Positions 39,241-50,353 are shown, counted from the stretch's first letter. The stretch is DNA of 64,000 bases from an uncultured Rikenellaceae bacterium (GCA_964507015.1 CAZDOM010000003.1:1085-65084); one strand, 5' to 3'. Notes: a model not told the origin generated them from the sequence alone. Numbers and translations: made by a program.

Positions 39241-41421
39241 ATGACTAGTGATGCAGTTATACATGATTATCTTAAAAAGTATTTTGGCTTTGATACTTTT
39301 AAGGGGAACCAGGAGCAAATAATCAAAAATGTTCTTGCAGGGGGAGATACTTTTGTACTTATGCCAACAGGCGGGGGGAAATCCCTGTGTTATCAATTGC
39401 CTGCAGTGATGTATGAAGGTACAGCAATAGTGATTTCCCCGCTGATTGCACTGATGAAGAACCAGGTTGACGCTATGCGCAACTTCAGTACCAGCGATGA
39501 AGTAGCTCATTTTCTAAACTCATCTCTTACTAAAACAGAAATAGCACGTGTGAAGAAGGATGTTCTGAACGGTGAAGCAAAACTATTATATGTAGCCCCT
39601 GAATCACTTACAAAAGAGGATAATATCGAATTTCTTAAGAATATCAAAATATCATTCTATGCAATAGATGAAGCTCATTGTATTTCGGAATGGGGTCATG
39701 ACTTCAGACCTGAATACAGACGGATAAGACCAATTATTGATATAATAGGAAGATCACCTATAATAGCACTGACTGCAACAGCCACTCCCAAAGTACAGCA
39801 CGATATACAAAAAAACCTCGGTATACTCCAGGCTGAAGTCTTTAAATCCTCATTCAACAGACCCAATCTTTATTATGAAGTAAAATCAAAACAGGATGTT
39901 ACCAGGGAGATAATAAAATACATTAAAAACAATCCCGGCAAATCAGGAATTATCTATTGCCTTAGCAGAAAGAAAGTGGAGGAGATGGCGGAAGTGCTTA
40001 AGGTAAACGGGATCAAAGCACTCCCTTATCATGCAGGGATGGATTCGGCAACCAGAACACAGAACCAGGATAGATTTCTTATGGAGGAGGCAGATGTAAT
40101 TGTTGCCACCATAGCTTTCGGAATGGGAATAGATAAACCCGATGTAAGGTTTGTGATTCATTATGATATTCCCAAAAGCCTGGAGGGTTATTACCAGGAG
40201 ACAGGTCGCGCAGGACGGGATGGAGGTGAAGGTAATTGTATAGCCTACTACAGCTATAATGATATAGTGAAACTTGAGAAATTTATGCAGGGCAAACCGA
40301 TAGCAGAACAGGAAATAGGAAAACAACTCCTGCTTGAAACGGTATCATATGCCGAATCTTCTGTCTGCCGCCGTAAGTTACTTCTTCATTATTTCGGGGA
40401 AGAATACCAGAAGGATAACTGCGAAGCATGCGATAACTGCCTTCACCCAAAAGCACAATTCGAAGGAAGTGAATCTGTAGTTAATGTTCTGGAAACAATA
40501 TTGGCTGTTAAGGAAAAATTCAAAGCAGATCACATTGCAAATATATTGTCAGGAAAGGTAACCTCAGCAATAAAATCATATAAACATCATAAACTTGAGT
40601 TCTTCGGTGCAGGAGAAGAAAAGGATGAAAAATACTGGAACATGGTTATAAGGCAGGCATTGATTGCAAAATTCCTGACAAAAGATATTGAAAATTACGG
40701 TCTCCTTAACGTGACCCCGGAAGGAATGGAATTCCTGAAACATCCTGTCTCATTTATGCTTGCTGAAGACCATGATTATGCTGATACTACAGACGAAGAA
40801 AATGCTTTTGGAGCAAAAACTGCAGCTGTCGACGAGGAGCTATTCAGCATCCTGAAAGACATGAGAAAGAAAATATCCAAACAAAAAAATGTGCCTCCTT
40901 TTGTGATCTTCCAGGACCCATCACTTGAGGATATGGCTATTCAGTACCCTGTTACCCTTGATGAACTGCAGAATATTTCAGGAGTTGGAGCTGGGAAGGC
41001 ACAAAGATATGGTGTCGAGTTCATTAATATCATTAAAAAATATGTTGAAGAAAAGGAGATTATCCGGCCACTCGATATGGTAGTAAAATCTATTGTAAAC
41101 AAATCGGGAATAAAGGTTTATATAATCCAGAGCATAGATATGAAAAGATCTCTTGAAGATATAGCCGAAGCAAAAGGACTTGAAATGGATGAACTCTTAT
41201 CAGAGATCGAGGCCATCGTTAATGCAGGAACACGCCTGAACCTTGACTATTATATTAACTCATTTATCGATGAAGAGCGGCAGAATGATATTTATTCTTA
41301 TTTCAGGGAAGAAGCTGAATCAGATTCACTGGAGGAAGCTATAAAAGAGCTGGGAAGCGAATATGAAGAAGAAGAAATAAGACTCGTAAGAATCAAATTC
41401 CTTTCGGAAATGGGGAATTAA
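39241..41421 (+). CDS. recQ: ATP-dependent DNA helicase RecQ
   Basis: PTGGGKS, DEAHCISEWGHDFRP, QETGRAGRDG, a zinc-binding Cys cluster, RQC and HRDC domains. Confidence 0.97.
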   Translation: MTSDAVIHDYLKKYFGFDTFKGNQEQIIKNVLAGGDTFVLMPTGGGKSLCYQLPAVMYEGTAIVISPLIALMKNQVDAMRNFSTSDEVAHFLNSSLTKTEIARVKKDVLNGEAKLLYVAPESLTKEDNIEFLKNIKISFYAIDEAHCISEWGHDFRPEYRRIRPIIDIIGRSPIIALTATATPKVQHDIQKNLGILQAEVFKSSFNRPNLYYEVKSKQDVTREIIKYIKNNPGKSGIIYCLSRKKVEEMAEVLKVNGIKALPYHAGMDSATRTQNQDRFLMEEADVIVATIAFGMGIDKPDVRFVIHYDIPKSLEGYYQETGRAGRDGGEGNCIAYYSYNDIVKLEKFMQGKPIAEQEIGKQLLLETVSYAESSVCRRKLLLHYFGEEYQKDNCEACDNCLHPKAQFEGSESVVNVLETILAVKEKFKADHIANILSGKVTSAIKSYKHHKLEFFGAGEEKDEKYWNMVIRQALIAKFLTKDIENYGLLNVTPEGMEFLKHPVSFMLAEDHDYADTTDEENAFGAKTAAVDEELFSILKDMRKKISKQKNVPPFVIFQDPSLEDMAIQYPVTLDELQNISGVGAGKAQRYGVEFINIIKKYVEEKEIIRPLDMVVKSIVNKSGIKVYIIQSIDMKRSLEDIAEAKGLEMDELLSEIEAIVNAGTRLNLDYYINSFIDEERQNDIYSYFREEAESDSLEEAIKELGSEYEEEEIRLVRIKFLSEMGN

Positions 41422-41427
41422 TTATGA

Positions 41428-42525
41428 TTATTTATTCCCGGATTGCATATAATAAGGTCTTGTAAAGAAATAAAAGATCAATATCGCCATAACATAAAAC
41501 GGGTATAAAAACTGTGCCGGAAGAAAGAACCACATTAGGTTCTTTCTTTTATAATTCCCTGATATATTATTAATTATCAGGAAGTCAGGAATTGATTTGA
41601 GTATAAATACTGCCAGGAATATTTCGAGAAAAAATGAGCTAATAAATCCGGAAAAAAGCATTGTAAGCTGAAACAAGATTGTAACAAATGTTACAATTGC
41701 CAGGATCTTTGTGTACCTGTCCTGGTAACTGCCAGCCTTTGAAATCCATCTTGCCCTCTGGCGCAGAAATGAACTGATTGAAGGAGCCGGTTCCGTTGTT
41801 ACCTGTGCATTTACAGATTCCAACCATGCTATATTTCCTGATTCTCTTTTTATATTGTGAAGCAGAAAAACATCATCGCCTGAAATAAATTCATCATGGA
41901 GGTTCACGGAATGCTGAACATATGACTTTTTCAGGAAAGCCATGTTTGCACCATTACACATTACAGGATTCCCGTTTGCTGCAGTTCCTGCTGTGACTCC
42001 CTGGAGACTCAAAAACTCCAGTTCCTGGAAAATGTTAAAGAAGCCTTTTTTATTATCCAAAATAACAGGACTGATAACCAGCTCCGGTTTTTTCTCATCA
42101 TAAAATGATGCAATTGTTTTTAACCACATATTCCCAACCCTGCAATCGGCATCTGTGGTAATAATGAATGAGGCAGATGAAGCTTCTATCCCGGTACTGA
42201 CAGCTTTTTTCTTACCTGTACCATTGTTTTTAAGTACCTTAATATTTTTAATCTTCTTGTATGACCTGGCTGATTCATAAGTATTGTCATCTGAATTATC
42301 ATCGACAATAATTAACTCATACAAATCCGCATTATATTCCTGAGAAGCAATATCATCGAGCAGCCGGGGGATTCTTTTCTCTTCGTTGCGGCATGCTATT
42401 ATTACAGAGACAAATATATCAGGCTCTAATGTCGGATTATATGATCTGATTTTTAATAGTCCTGTATATATCTTAAGTAACAGGTATAAATATGGAAATA
42501 GTATCAGGATAAGCAGCCATGCCAT
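41428..42525 (-). CDS. GT2 family membrane glycosyltransferase
   Basis: VDDNSDD, TTDADC, SGDD and QRARW motifs; N- and C-terminal TM segments. Confidence 0.9.
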   Translation of the reverse strand: MAWLLILILFPYLYLLLKIYTGLLKIRSYNPTLEPDIFVSVIIACRNEEKRIPRLLDDIASQEYNADLYELIIVDDNSDDNTYESARSYKKIKNIKVLKNNGTGKKKAVSTGIEASSASFIITTDADCRVGNMWLKTIASFYDEKKPELVISPVILDNKKGFFNIFQELEFLSLQGVTAGTAANGNPVMCNGANMAFLKKSYVQHSVNLHDEFISGDDVFLLHNIKRESGNIAWLESVNAQVTTEPAPSISSFLRQRARWISKAGSYQDRYTKILAIVTFVTILFQLTMLFSGFISSFFLEIFLAVFILKSIPDFLIINNISGNYKRKNLMWFFLPAQFLYPFYVMAILIFYFFTRPYYMQSGNK

Positions 42526-42537
42526 GGTTTATTTCCT

Positions 42538-45500
42538 TTATTTATATTCATCCCAGCTCTTTATTGCCAGGTCCTTCTCATTCATACGGCAAAAGGCCAG
42601 TATGAATGCACTGGCCAGTCTTGCATTTGTAAGAAGCGGGATATTATAATCAACGGCATTACGTCTTATTGAATAATCATTGTCAAGCTCAGAGGCGCTT
42701 AGGTTTTTGGGGATATTTACTACAAGATCCACTTCACGTGTTCTTATCAGGTCAATTGTATTTGGAGACTTATCTTCATCCGGCCAGTAAGCAACATGGG
42801 CTTCAACCCCTGCATTTACCAGAAACTGCTGGGTACCTCTCGTAGCATAAATTTTATGTCCCTTTTCTTGCAGGGCTTTTGCACTATTAAGTAGTTCTAC
42901 CTTTGACCTTGCCGGACCAGTTGAAAGAAGAATACTCTTTTCAGGGACCCTATATCCTACTGAAAACATCGCTTTAAGAATTGCTTCATAGAAACCTTCT
43001 CCTATACATCCTACCTCACCTGTTGATGCCATATCTACTCCCAGTACAGGATCGGCTTTGGCCAGGCGGGAAAAACTGAACTGAGGCGCTTTTACTCCCA
43101 CATAATCAAGTTCAAAGACTGATTTATCAGGTTTTTCTACATCTATACCCAGCATTACTTTAGTGGCAAGTTCAATCAGATTTGATTTGAGGATTTTAGA
43201 TACAAATGGCATGCTCCGGCTTGCCCGCAGGTTACATTCAATGACCTTGATATCATTATCCCTGGCAAGGAATTGTATATTGAAGGGTCCTGTTATATTC
43301 AGCTCTTTTGCTATCTGGCGCGAGATACGTTTAATACGTCTTACAGTTTCAAAATATATCTTTTGTGGCGGAAAGACAATTGTGGCATCACCGGAGTGTA
43401 CACCGGCAAATTCAACATGTTCGCTGATGGCATATGCCAGTATTTCACCCTCTTTTGCAACTGCATCAATCTCAATCTCCTTGGCGCTCTCGATGAATTC
43501 AGAAACAACTACCGGGTATTGTTTTGAAACACGGGCAGCCAGCTCGAGGAAATGTGTAAGCTCGTTTTTGTTTGAGACAACATTCATGGCAGCACCCGAA
43601 AGTACATAAGAGGGCCTTATAAGAACAGGAAATCCTATTCGGTCGACAAAGTCAAAAATATCACTGGTTGATGAGAGCTCCTTCCAGCGCGGCTGATCAA
43701 CCAACAGGTTATCCAGCATTTCCGAAAATTTATGCCTGTTCTCAGCCCTGTCAATAGAAATGGGTGAGGTTCCCAGAACAGGTACATTCTCTTTAAGTAA
43801 CCTCATTGCCAGGTTATTGGGAATCTGTCCGCCTACTGAGACTATAACACCTGCCGGATTTTCCAGATCTATGATATCAAGGACCCTTTCAAAGGTGAGT
43901 TCATCAAAATAGAGCCTGTCACATATGTCATAGTCGGTACTTACAGTTTCAGGATTATAGTTAATCATGATCGACCGTAATCCCTCTTTTCTTATTGTCT
44001 CAATGGCATTTACGGAGCACCAGTCGAACTCAACACTTGAGCCTATCCTGTATGCTCCCGAGCCAAGTACTATTACTGATTTCCTGTCGTTTTCGTAATT
44101 TATATCATGTTCCGAGGCACTGTAAGTAAGATAAAGGTAATTTGTAATTGCCGGGTATTCGGCAGCCAGTGTATCTATTTGCTTGACATATGGTAAGATC
44201 CCAAGTGATTTCCGGTGATATCTTACCTTCATAAGGTCATCATTAATCTTGTCAGGCCCCGATTTAAGCACATGCCTGGCAATCTGAAAATCGCTGAATC
44301 CATTGATTTTAACATGACTTAGAAACAGTTTCGGAATGCTTTCTATTGTTTTGTATTTACATAGCTCATCTTTGATGTTTATAATATTTCTGAGCTTGAA
44401 AAGAAACCACTTATCTATATGAGTAAGCTCGTAAATCCTGTCGATTGAAATACCTTTTTCAAGGGCTTCAGCAATTGAGAAAATCCTCATGTCGGTCGGC
44501 TCAGAAAGTTCGGTTTCTATTTCCCTGAATTTCAATTCCCTGTTGCCTGTAAAGCCATGCATACCCTGGCCCATCATTCTTAATCCCTTCTGAATTGCCT
44601 CCTCGAAATTCCTTCCTATCGACATTACCTCACCGACACTTTTCATACTGCTCCCTATAATGTGTGACACTCCCTGGAATTTATTAAGGTCCCACCGCGG
44701 AATTTTACATACTATATAATCAAGTGCCGGCTCAAAACATGCAGTTGTTGTCTTAGTTACAGAATTTTTTAACTCGTGAAGTCCGTAACCTATACCCAGC
44801 TTTGCAGCAATAAAAGCAAGCGGATACCCGGTAGCTTTTGATGCCAGTGCACTTGACCGGGACAACCTGGCATTAACTTCTATAACACGGTAATCTTCCG
44901 AGTTAGGCGACAATGCAAACTGAACATTACATTCACCAATGATTCCTATATGCCGGATTATTTTTATTGAAAGCTCCCTCAATCTGTGATATTCACTGTT
45001 TGTCAGGGTCTGGGAAGGTGCAACTACAATACTCTCACCGGTATGAATACCAAGCGGATCAAAATTCTCCATATTACATACGGTGATGCAATTATCGTAT
45101 CTGTCCCTTACAACCTCATACTCCACTTCTTTCCATCCTTTAAGGCTCTCTTCAACAAGAATCTGGTCAGTATATGAAAAAGCCCTGGCAGAAAGGTTTT
45201 GCAATTCATCAACATTTGATGCAAATCCACTACCCTGACCTCCAAGAGTATATGCAGCTCTTATTATAACAGGAAATCCCAGGGTACCGGCAGATTCAAG
45301 AGCTTTCTCAACACTTGTTACCGCTATACTGCGAGGTGTTTTTATATCTACCTTATTCAGCTTTTTGACAAAAAGCTCACGGTCCTCGGTATCCATGATT
45401 GCAGCTACAGGTGTTCCAAGCACTTTTACTCCATACTTTTCAAATACACCTGACATATATAATTTTGTTCCACAATTCAAGGCAGTCTGACCACCAAAGG

Positions 45501-45759
45501 ATAGAAGAATTCCATCCGGCCTCTCTTTCTCAATTACCTTCTCAACAAAATAAGGATTTACAGGTAAGAAATAGATTTTATCTGCCAGCGTCTCCGATGT
45601 CTGTACCGTCGCAATGTTGGGATTTATCAGTATTGTCCTTATGCCTTCTTCCTTTAACGCTTTAAGTGCCTGGGAACCGGAATAATCAAATTCTCCTGCT
45701 TCGCCTATTTTAAGTGCCCCTGAACCCAGGATCATAACCTTTTTTATATCAGTGTACAT
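42538..45759 (-). CDS. carB: Carbamoyl-phosphate synthase large subunit
   Basis: GEAGEFDYSG, GIHTGES, duplicated ATP-grasp domains (LIRPSYVLSG, GVHSGDA) and a C-terminal MGS-like domain. Confidence 0.98.
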   Translation of the reverse strand: MYTDIKKVMILGSGALKIGEAGEFDYSGSQALKALKEEGIRTILINPNIATVQTSETLADKIYFLPVNPYFVEKVIEKERPDGILLSFGGQTALNCGTKLYMSGVFEKYGVKVLGTPVAAIMDTEDRELFVKKLNKVDIKTPRSIAVTSVEKALESAGTLGFPVIIRAAYTLGGQGSGFASNVDELQNLSARAFSYTDQILVEESLKGWKEVEYEVVRDRYDNCITVCNMENFDPLGIHTGESIVVAPSQTLTNSEYHRLRELSIKIIRHIGIIGECNVQFALSPNSEDYRVIEVNARLSRSSALASKATGYPLAFIAAKLGIGYGLHELKNSVTKTTTACFEPALDYIVCKIPRWDLNKFQGVSHIIGSSMKSVGEVMSIGRNFEEAIQKGLRMMGQGMHGFTGNRELKFREIETELSEPTDMRIFSIAEALEKGISIDRIYELTHIDKWFLFKLRNIINIKDELCKYKTIESIPKLFLSHVKINGFSDFQIARHVLKSGPDKINDDLMKVRYHRKSLGILPYVKQIDTLAAEYPAITNYLYLTYSASEHDINYENDRKSVIVLGSGAYRIGSSVEFDWCSVNAIETIRKEGLRSIMINYNPETVSTDYDICDRLYFDELTFERVLDIIDLENPAGVIVSVGGQIPNNLAMRLLKENVPVLGTSPISIDRAENRHKFSEMLDNLLVDQPRWKELSSTSDIFDFVDRIGFPVLIRPSYVLSGAAMNVVSNKNELTHFLELAARVSKQYPVVVSEFIESAKEIEIDAVAKEGEILAYAISEHVEFAGVHSGDATIVFPPQKIYFETVRRIKRISRQIAKELNITGPFNIQFLARDNDIKVIECNLRASRSMPFVSKILKSNLIELATKVMLGIDVEKPDKSVFELDYVGVKAPQFSFSRLAKADPVLGVDMASTGEVGCIGEGFYEAILKAMFSVGYRVPEKSILLSTGPARSKVELLNSAKALQEKGHKIYATRGTQQFLVNAGVEAHVAYWPDEDKSPNTIDLIRTREVDLVVNIPKNLSASELDNDYSIRRNAVDYNIPLLTNARLASAFILAFCRMNEKDLAIKSWDEYK

Positions 45760-45821
45760 CTGTGTGATTTGAAGGGCAAAAATAACATAAATTTTATATC
45801 AGTATGTTGATTTATTAGAAA

Positions 45822-45860
45822 AGTGAATATATTTGCAAAAATAATGAATAAATATGCAAA
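45822..45860 (+). promoter_or_regulatory. Tandem ARG boxes (ArgR operator) overlapping the -7 element and argR start codon
   Basis: TGAATATATTTGCA (45824-45837) and TGAATAAATATGCA (45845-45858), equal to two 18 bp boxes 3 bp apart. TATATTTG at 45828-45835; ATG at 45854. Confidence 0.8.
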
Positions 45861-46333
45861 AGATTAAAAGGATACTGACGATTGAAAAAATTATAGCTGA
45901 AGGAAATATTTCATCCCAGGAGGTTCTGTTGAAAAAACTTGCCGGGAAAGGAATAAAATGTACCCAGGCAACTTTGTCGCGTGACTTGAGACGGCTGGGA
46001 GCAGGAAGAATATCTGACGGCCGCGGGGGTTATATATATTCTCTGCCGGAATATGTCCGAAATTCTTCTCTCACCCCCGGTAAACAGCAGCTTTTACCGG
46101 TTATAGTCGATATTGTGGATGCAAAAGGTCTTCTGGTGGTAAAGACACTACCGGGAAATGCAAATAGCACTGCCTATTATATCGACAACGCCTCGAGATA
46201 TGAAATTGCCGGTACCATAGCAGGTGATGACACAATCCTGGTAATTCCCCGTGATGGTATTACCAGTTCCCAGGCACACAACTGCCTTGAAACAATAATT
46301 CCGGGCCTGCATGGTAAGATTAAGAAAAAATAA
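45854..46333 (+). CDS. argR: Arginine repressor
   Basis: TQATLSRDL winged-helix motif and C-terminal GTIAGDDTIL. Confidence 0.95.
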   Translation: MQKIKRILTIEKIIAEGNISSQEVLLKKLAGKGIKCTQATLSRDLRRLGAGRISDGRGGYIYSLPEYVRNSSLTPGKQQLLPVIVDIVDAKGLLVVKTLPGNANSTAYYIDNASRYEIAGTIAGDDTILVIPRDGITSSQAHNCLETIIPGLHGKIKKK

Positions 46334-46393
46334 CTGGTAAGTATTTAGATATAAAGCAAATAACAAATAAATAAAATTTAAACATTTAAGAAG

Positions 46394-47629
46394 ATGAAGG
46401 AAAAAGTTGTTCTGGCATACAGTGGTGGGCTGGATACCTCGGTTATACTCAAATGGTTGATAGATAAGGGTTATGATGTCATTGCATTTGTGGCAGATGT
46501 TGGGCAGAAGGAGAATTTTGAAGAATGCGAAAAAAAAGCATTATTGCTTGGCGCCTCAAAAGTGGTCATCTCTGACCTGAAAAGAGAATTTGTTGAGGAT
46601 TATGTTTTGAAGGCAATAATGGCAAATGCGATATATGAAGACAGGTACCTGTTAGGAACAGCGCTGGCACGACCACTGATAGCTAAGAAACAAATTGAAA
46701 TTGTCAGGCAGGAGGGAGCAAATGCAGTGGCTCATGGTGCAACAGGAAAGGGGAATGACCAGGTAAGATTTGAACTCTGTTATTATGCCCTTATGCCCGG
46801 TGTAAAAGTTATATCACCATGGAAAGACAGAGAGTTCCTTTCTGCTTTCAAAGGCAGAACAGATCTTTTGAGATATGCGAGTGAAAATAAGATACCGGTA
46901 AAAGCAAGTATAGATAAACCTTACAGTGAAGATGATAATCTTATGCATATAAGTCATGAAGCAGGTGTCCTGGAAGATCCAATGTACTCAATCAACAAGA
47001 ATATGCTCGAAAAAATGGTAATGCCACAGGATGCCCCCGACAGAGAAACCCGTGTTGTTATAAAATTTAAAGATGGACTGCCTGTTAAGGTTATAAACAA
47101 GGATGACGGTACTGTCAAAGATGATGCATATGAAATGTATATATATCTGAATGAGATTGCCGGTAAAAATGGTATTGGGCTTCTCGATATGGTTGAAAAC
47201 AGGTTTGTCGGTATTAAATCAAGAGGGATCTACGAGACTCCTGCTGCAACTGTATTCCATATTGCACACAAGGATATTGAGGGTATAGCAATGGACAGGG
47301 AAGTTATGAGACTGGTTAATATGCTCACTCCGAAATTTGCTGAAATAATCTACAATGGGTTCTGGTTCAGTCCTGAAATGGATTTCCTCATGGCAGCCAT
47401 TAAAAAGAGCCAGGAGCTCATTGATGGAAGCGTTCACCTGTGCCTTTATAAAGGTAATGTGATAGTAGAGGGACGTGAATCTCCATCTTCACTTTATAAT
47501 GAAAAGCTGTCAAGTATGGATATTGAAGGAGGCTTCGACCAGACTGACAGTAAGGGGTTTATCAAGATCAATGCTATCAGACTTATGGCCCACAGGGCAA
47601 TCGTGGAGGAGAGAGGGAAACAACTCTGA
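46394..47629 (+). CDS. argG: Argininosuccinate synthase
   Basis: [24 protein letters not shown] and [16 protein letters not shown]. Confidence 0.97.
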   Translation: MKEKVVLAYSGGLDTSVILKWLIDKGYDVIAFVADVGQKENFEECEKKALLLGASKVVISDLKREFVEDYVLKAIMANAIYEDRYLLGTALARPLIAKKQIEIVRQEGANAVAHGATGKGNDQVRFELCYYALMPGVKVISPWKDREFLSAFKGRTDLLRYASENKIPVKASIDKPYSEDDNLMHISHEAGVLEDPMYSINKNMLEKMVMPQDAPDRETRVVIKFKDGLPVKVINKDDGTVKDDAYEMYIYLNEIAGKNGIGLLDMVENRFVGIKSRGIYETPAATVFHIAHKDIEGIAMDREVMRLVNMLTPKFAEIIYNGFWFSPEMDFLMAAIKKSQELIDGSVHLCLYKGNVIVEGRESPSSLYNEKLSSMDIEGGFDQTDSKGFIKINAIRLMAHRAIVEERGKQL

Positions 47630-47658
47630 ATAATTATTGATACTATATACTTATTTAT

Positions 47659-48996
47659 ATGAAATTATGGGAAAAAGGGATAAATCCCGAGCCTGCAATA
47701 ATTGAGTTTACAGCAGGAAAAGACCGGATAACGGATCTGCACCTTACAAAATGGGATATAATCGGATCGATGGCCCATGTTATAATGTTACATGATGTAG
47801 GTTTAATAATCAACAAAGAAAAGAATGATCTTCTGAAAGCTCTTCATTCCCTTCTTAAATGCGATGAAAAGGGGAATCTTGTAATAGAGGACGATATGGA
47901 GGACATACATTCCCAGATTGAAAAGGAAATGTCATCAATTCTTGGAAAAACTGGCAAGAAGATTCACACAGGAAGGTCAAGAAATGACCAGGTCCTGGTT
48001 GATATCAGGCTTTATACAAGGGAGGAAATTGACAATCTTTCTGTACTTATTGCTAAACTCTTTAACAGGCTTCAGGAGTTGAGTGAGCAATATAAGGAGG
48101 TTCTTTTACCAGGTTATACACATATGCAACCGGCGATGGTTTCGTCATTTGGGTTATGGTTTGGTGCTTTTGCTGAATGCCTTGTTGATGATATATTGCT
48201 TTTAGGTGAGGCCAGGGCATTGAACAACAGGAATCCGCTTGGAACAGCAGCTGGTTTTGGTACCACTCTTCCCCTTAACCGGAAACTGACATCAGAGTTA
48301 CTGGAGTTTGATGATTTACTCTATAATTCTGCATATGCAAGTCTGAGCAGGGGAAAGGTAGAGATGGCTGTTGCCTCTGCACTTGCTTCACTGGCACAAA
48401 CATTGTCACGTTTCTCTATGGACATCTGCATCTATATGAGCTCTGAATACAGGTTCGTCGATTTCCCTGATGAGTATGTGACAGGTTCCAGCATAATGCC
48501 TCAGAAGAGAAACCCTGATGTTTTTGAGATTATACGAGGACGGTCAAATATAATCCAGACACTTCCGGGCCGGATTGCCATCTTGACAACAAACCTTCAG
48601 TCAGGATATAATCGTGATCTTCAGCTGCTTAAACAACTGGTCTTTGATTCATTCCTCGACATCAAGGAGTCTGTTGAGATAATGCTGTTGATGCTCAGAA
48701 ACATTAAGATCAGAAAAAACATCACTGACAATTCTCTATACAATAATATCTTCAGTACTGAAGAGGTTAACCGGCTTGTCAGAGAAGGTGTTCCCTTCAG
48801 AGATGCATATAAAGCAGTCTCGGGAATGGTTAAAAACTCATCATTCTCAAGAACAAAGATTTCAGATTATGTTCATGAGGGTAGTATCGGGAATCTTTGT
48901 AACAGCGAAATTGCAAGGATCTTTAATGAGAGGATGAAGTGTTTCAGGAATAAAACTGCTGCAGAATATGCAGAAAAGATGATGGAACATGTATAA
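47659..48996 (+). CDS. argH: Argininosuccinate lyase
   Basis: HTGRSRNDQV, PGYTHMQPA and GSSIMPQKRNPD. Confidence 0.96.
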   Translation: MKLWEKGINPEPAIIEFTAGKDRITDLHLTKWDIIGSMAHVIMLHDVGLIINKEKNDLLKALHSLLKCDEKGNLVIEDDMEDIHSQIEKEMSSILGKTGKKIHTGRSRNDQVLVDIRLYTREEIDNLSVLIAKLFNRLQELSEQYKEVLLPGYTHMQPAMVSSFGLWFGAFAECLVDDILLLGEARALNNRNPLGTAAGFGTTLPLNRKLTSELLEFDDLLYNSAYASLSRGKVEMAVASALASLAQTLSRFSMDICIYMSSEYRFVDFPDEYVTGSSIMPQKRNPDVFEIIRGRSNIIQTLPGRIAILTTNLQSGYNRDLQLLKQLVFDSFLDIKESVEIMLLMLRNIKIRKNITDNSLYNNIFSTEEVNRLVREGVPFRDAYKAVSGMVKNSSFSRTKISDYVHEGSIGNLCNSEIARIFNERMKCFRNKTAAEYAEKMMEHV

Positions 48997-49003
48997 TGAT
49001 CAC

Positions 49004-50098
49004 TTATGATTTTATGTGTTGCAGATAGTTTTTGATATTATCAATAAAAACATCAAAAAGATAATCTGTATCTGTGGGTCCTCCTGAAGCTTCCGGATGG
49101 AACTGGGTTGAAAAGAAGGGCTTTTTTTTATGCTTCATCCCTTCATTGGTCTTGTCATTTATATTAATAAAAAACGGATCCCACTCATCGTTAAGCGTAT
49201 CATTATTAACAGCAAAACCATGATTTTGTGATGTTATGTATGCTTTGTTTGTTCCGATTTGTATCACAGGCTGGTTATGACTCCTGTGTCCATATTTGAG
49301 TTTATACGTATCGGCATCTGAAGCAAGTGCCATCAACTGGTTCCCAAGACATATTCCGAAGATTGGAATATCTTTTTCGAAAGATTTCCTGATATTATCT
49401 ATAGTCACCGAACACATTTTTGGATCACCAGGTCCGTTTGTCAGGAATAAACCATCATACTCCTCATAATGGTAATCATAATCCCAGGGAACTCTGATGA
49501 TGGTAGTGTCGCGTTTCAGCAGATTCCTGATAATATTATATTTTACACCACAATCAACAAGTAGTATCCTGTATTGCCCTGATCCGTAGATTTTCTTTTC
49601 ATGGGTACTGACCTCGGCGACAAGATTAACCTTGTTTGGATCAAAAAATGATATCTCAGTTCCTTCCGGTTCAATTTTCCCAAGCATGGCTCCCTTTTCC
49701 CTGATCCTTTTTGTAAGTGCTCTTGTATCAATTCCGTATACTCCCGGTATATTATTTCTAATCAGCCATTCATGAAGACTCTCAGATGCATTCCAGTGGC
49801 TGTATTCAAAAGAATAATCTGAGACGATCAGGGCTGAAATATGTATTGATGAAGACTCATAAAACCTGAAAAGGTCATTCTCCTCACTTTTCCCGGGAGC
49901 CCCGTAGTTGCCGACAAGAGGGTATGTAAGGCATAGGATCTGACCACGGTATGATGGATCGGTAAGACTTTCAGGATAACCTGTCATTGCAGTATTAAAT
50001 ACTACCTCTCCTGCAGCTGGAACCCGGGCACCAAAGGACCACCCTTCATATTCTGTCCCATCTTCCAGCACCAATTTTACCTGCAGCTTATCATTCAT
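49004..50098 (-). CDS. carA: Carbamoyl-phosphate synthase small subunit
   Basis: GEVVFNTAMTGYPESLTDPSY, FGICLGNQ and QFHPEA. Confidence 0.97.
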   Translation of the reverse strand: MNDKLQVKLVLEDGTEYEGWSFGARVPAAGEVVFNTAMTGYPESLTDPSYRGQILCLTYPLVGNYGAPGKSEENDLFRFYESSSIHISALIVSDYSFEYSHWNASESLHEWLIRNNIPGVYGIDTRALTKRIREKGAMLGKIEPEGTEISFFDPNKVNLVAEVSTHEKKIYGSGQYRILLVDCGVKYNIIRNLLKRDTTIIRVPWDYDYHYEEYDGLFLTNGPGDPKMCSVTIDNIRKSFEKDIPIFGICLGNQLMALASDADTYKLKYGHRSHNQPVIQIGTNKAYITSQNHGFAVNNDTLNDEWDPFFININDKTNEGMKHKKKPFFSTQFHPEASGGPTDTDYLFDVFIDNIKNYLQHIKS

Positions 50099-50353
50099 CA
50101 GTAAATTTCATTTATTCGGGCAAATATGTTCAATATTTAACCCGGGAGGCCTTTTTTCAGCGTGTCAAATATAGTTAAAAACATTTATAACATTGGGAAA
50201 CAGATAGCAGGTACCTTGATATAATTTTATATTATTAGTATAAGAGGTGATCCGATTTAAAATTCAATTTAGAATTCTTATGGGAGTTTAATTAATATTT
50301 TTATTACTTTTATGGGCAGTTTTTGATATACTCATTCATTAAAAAGGAATTAT

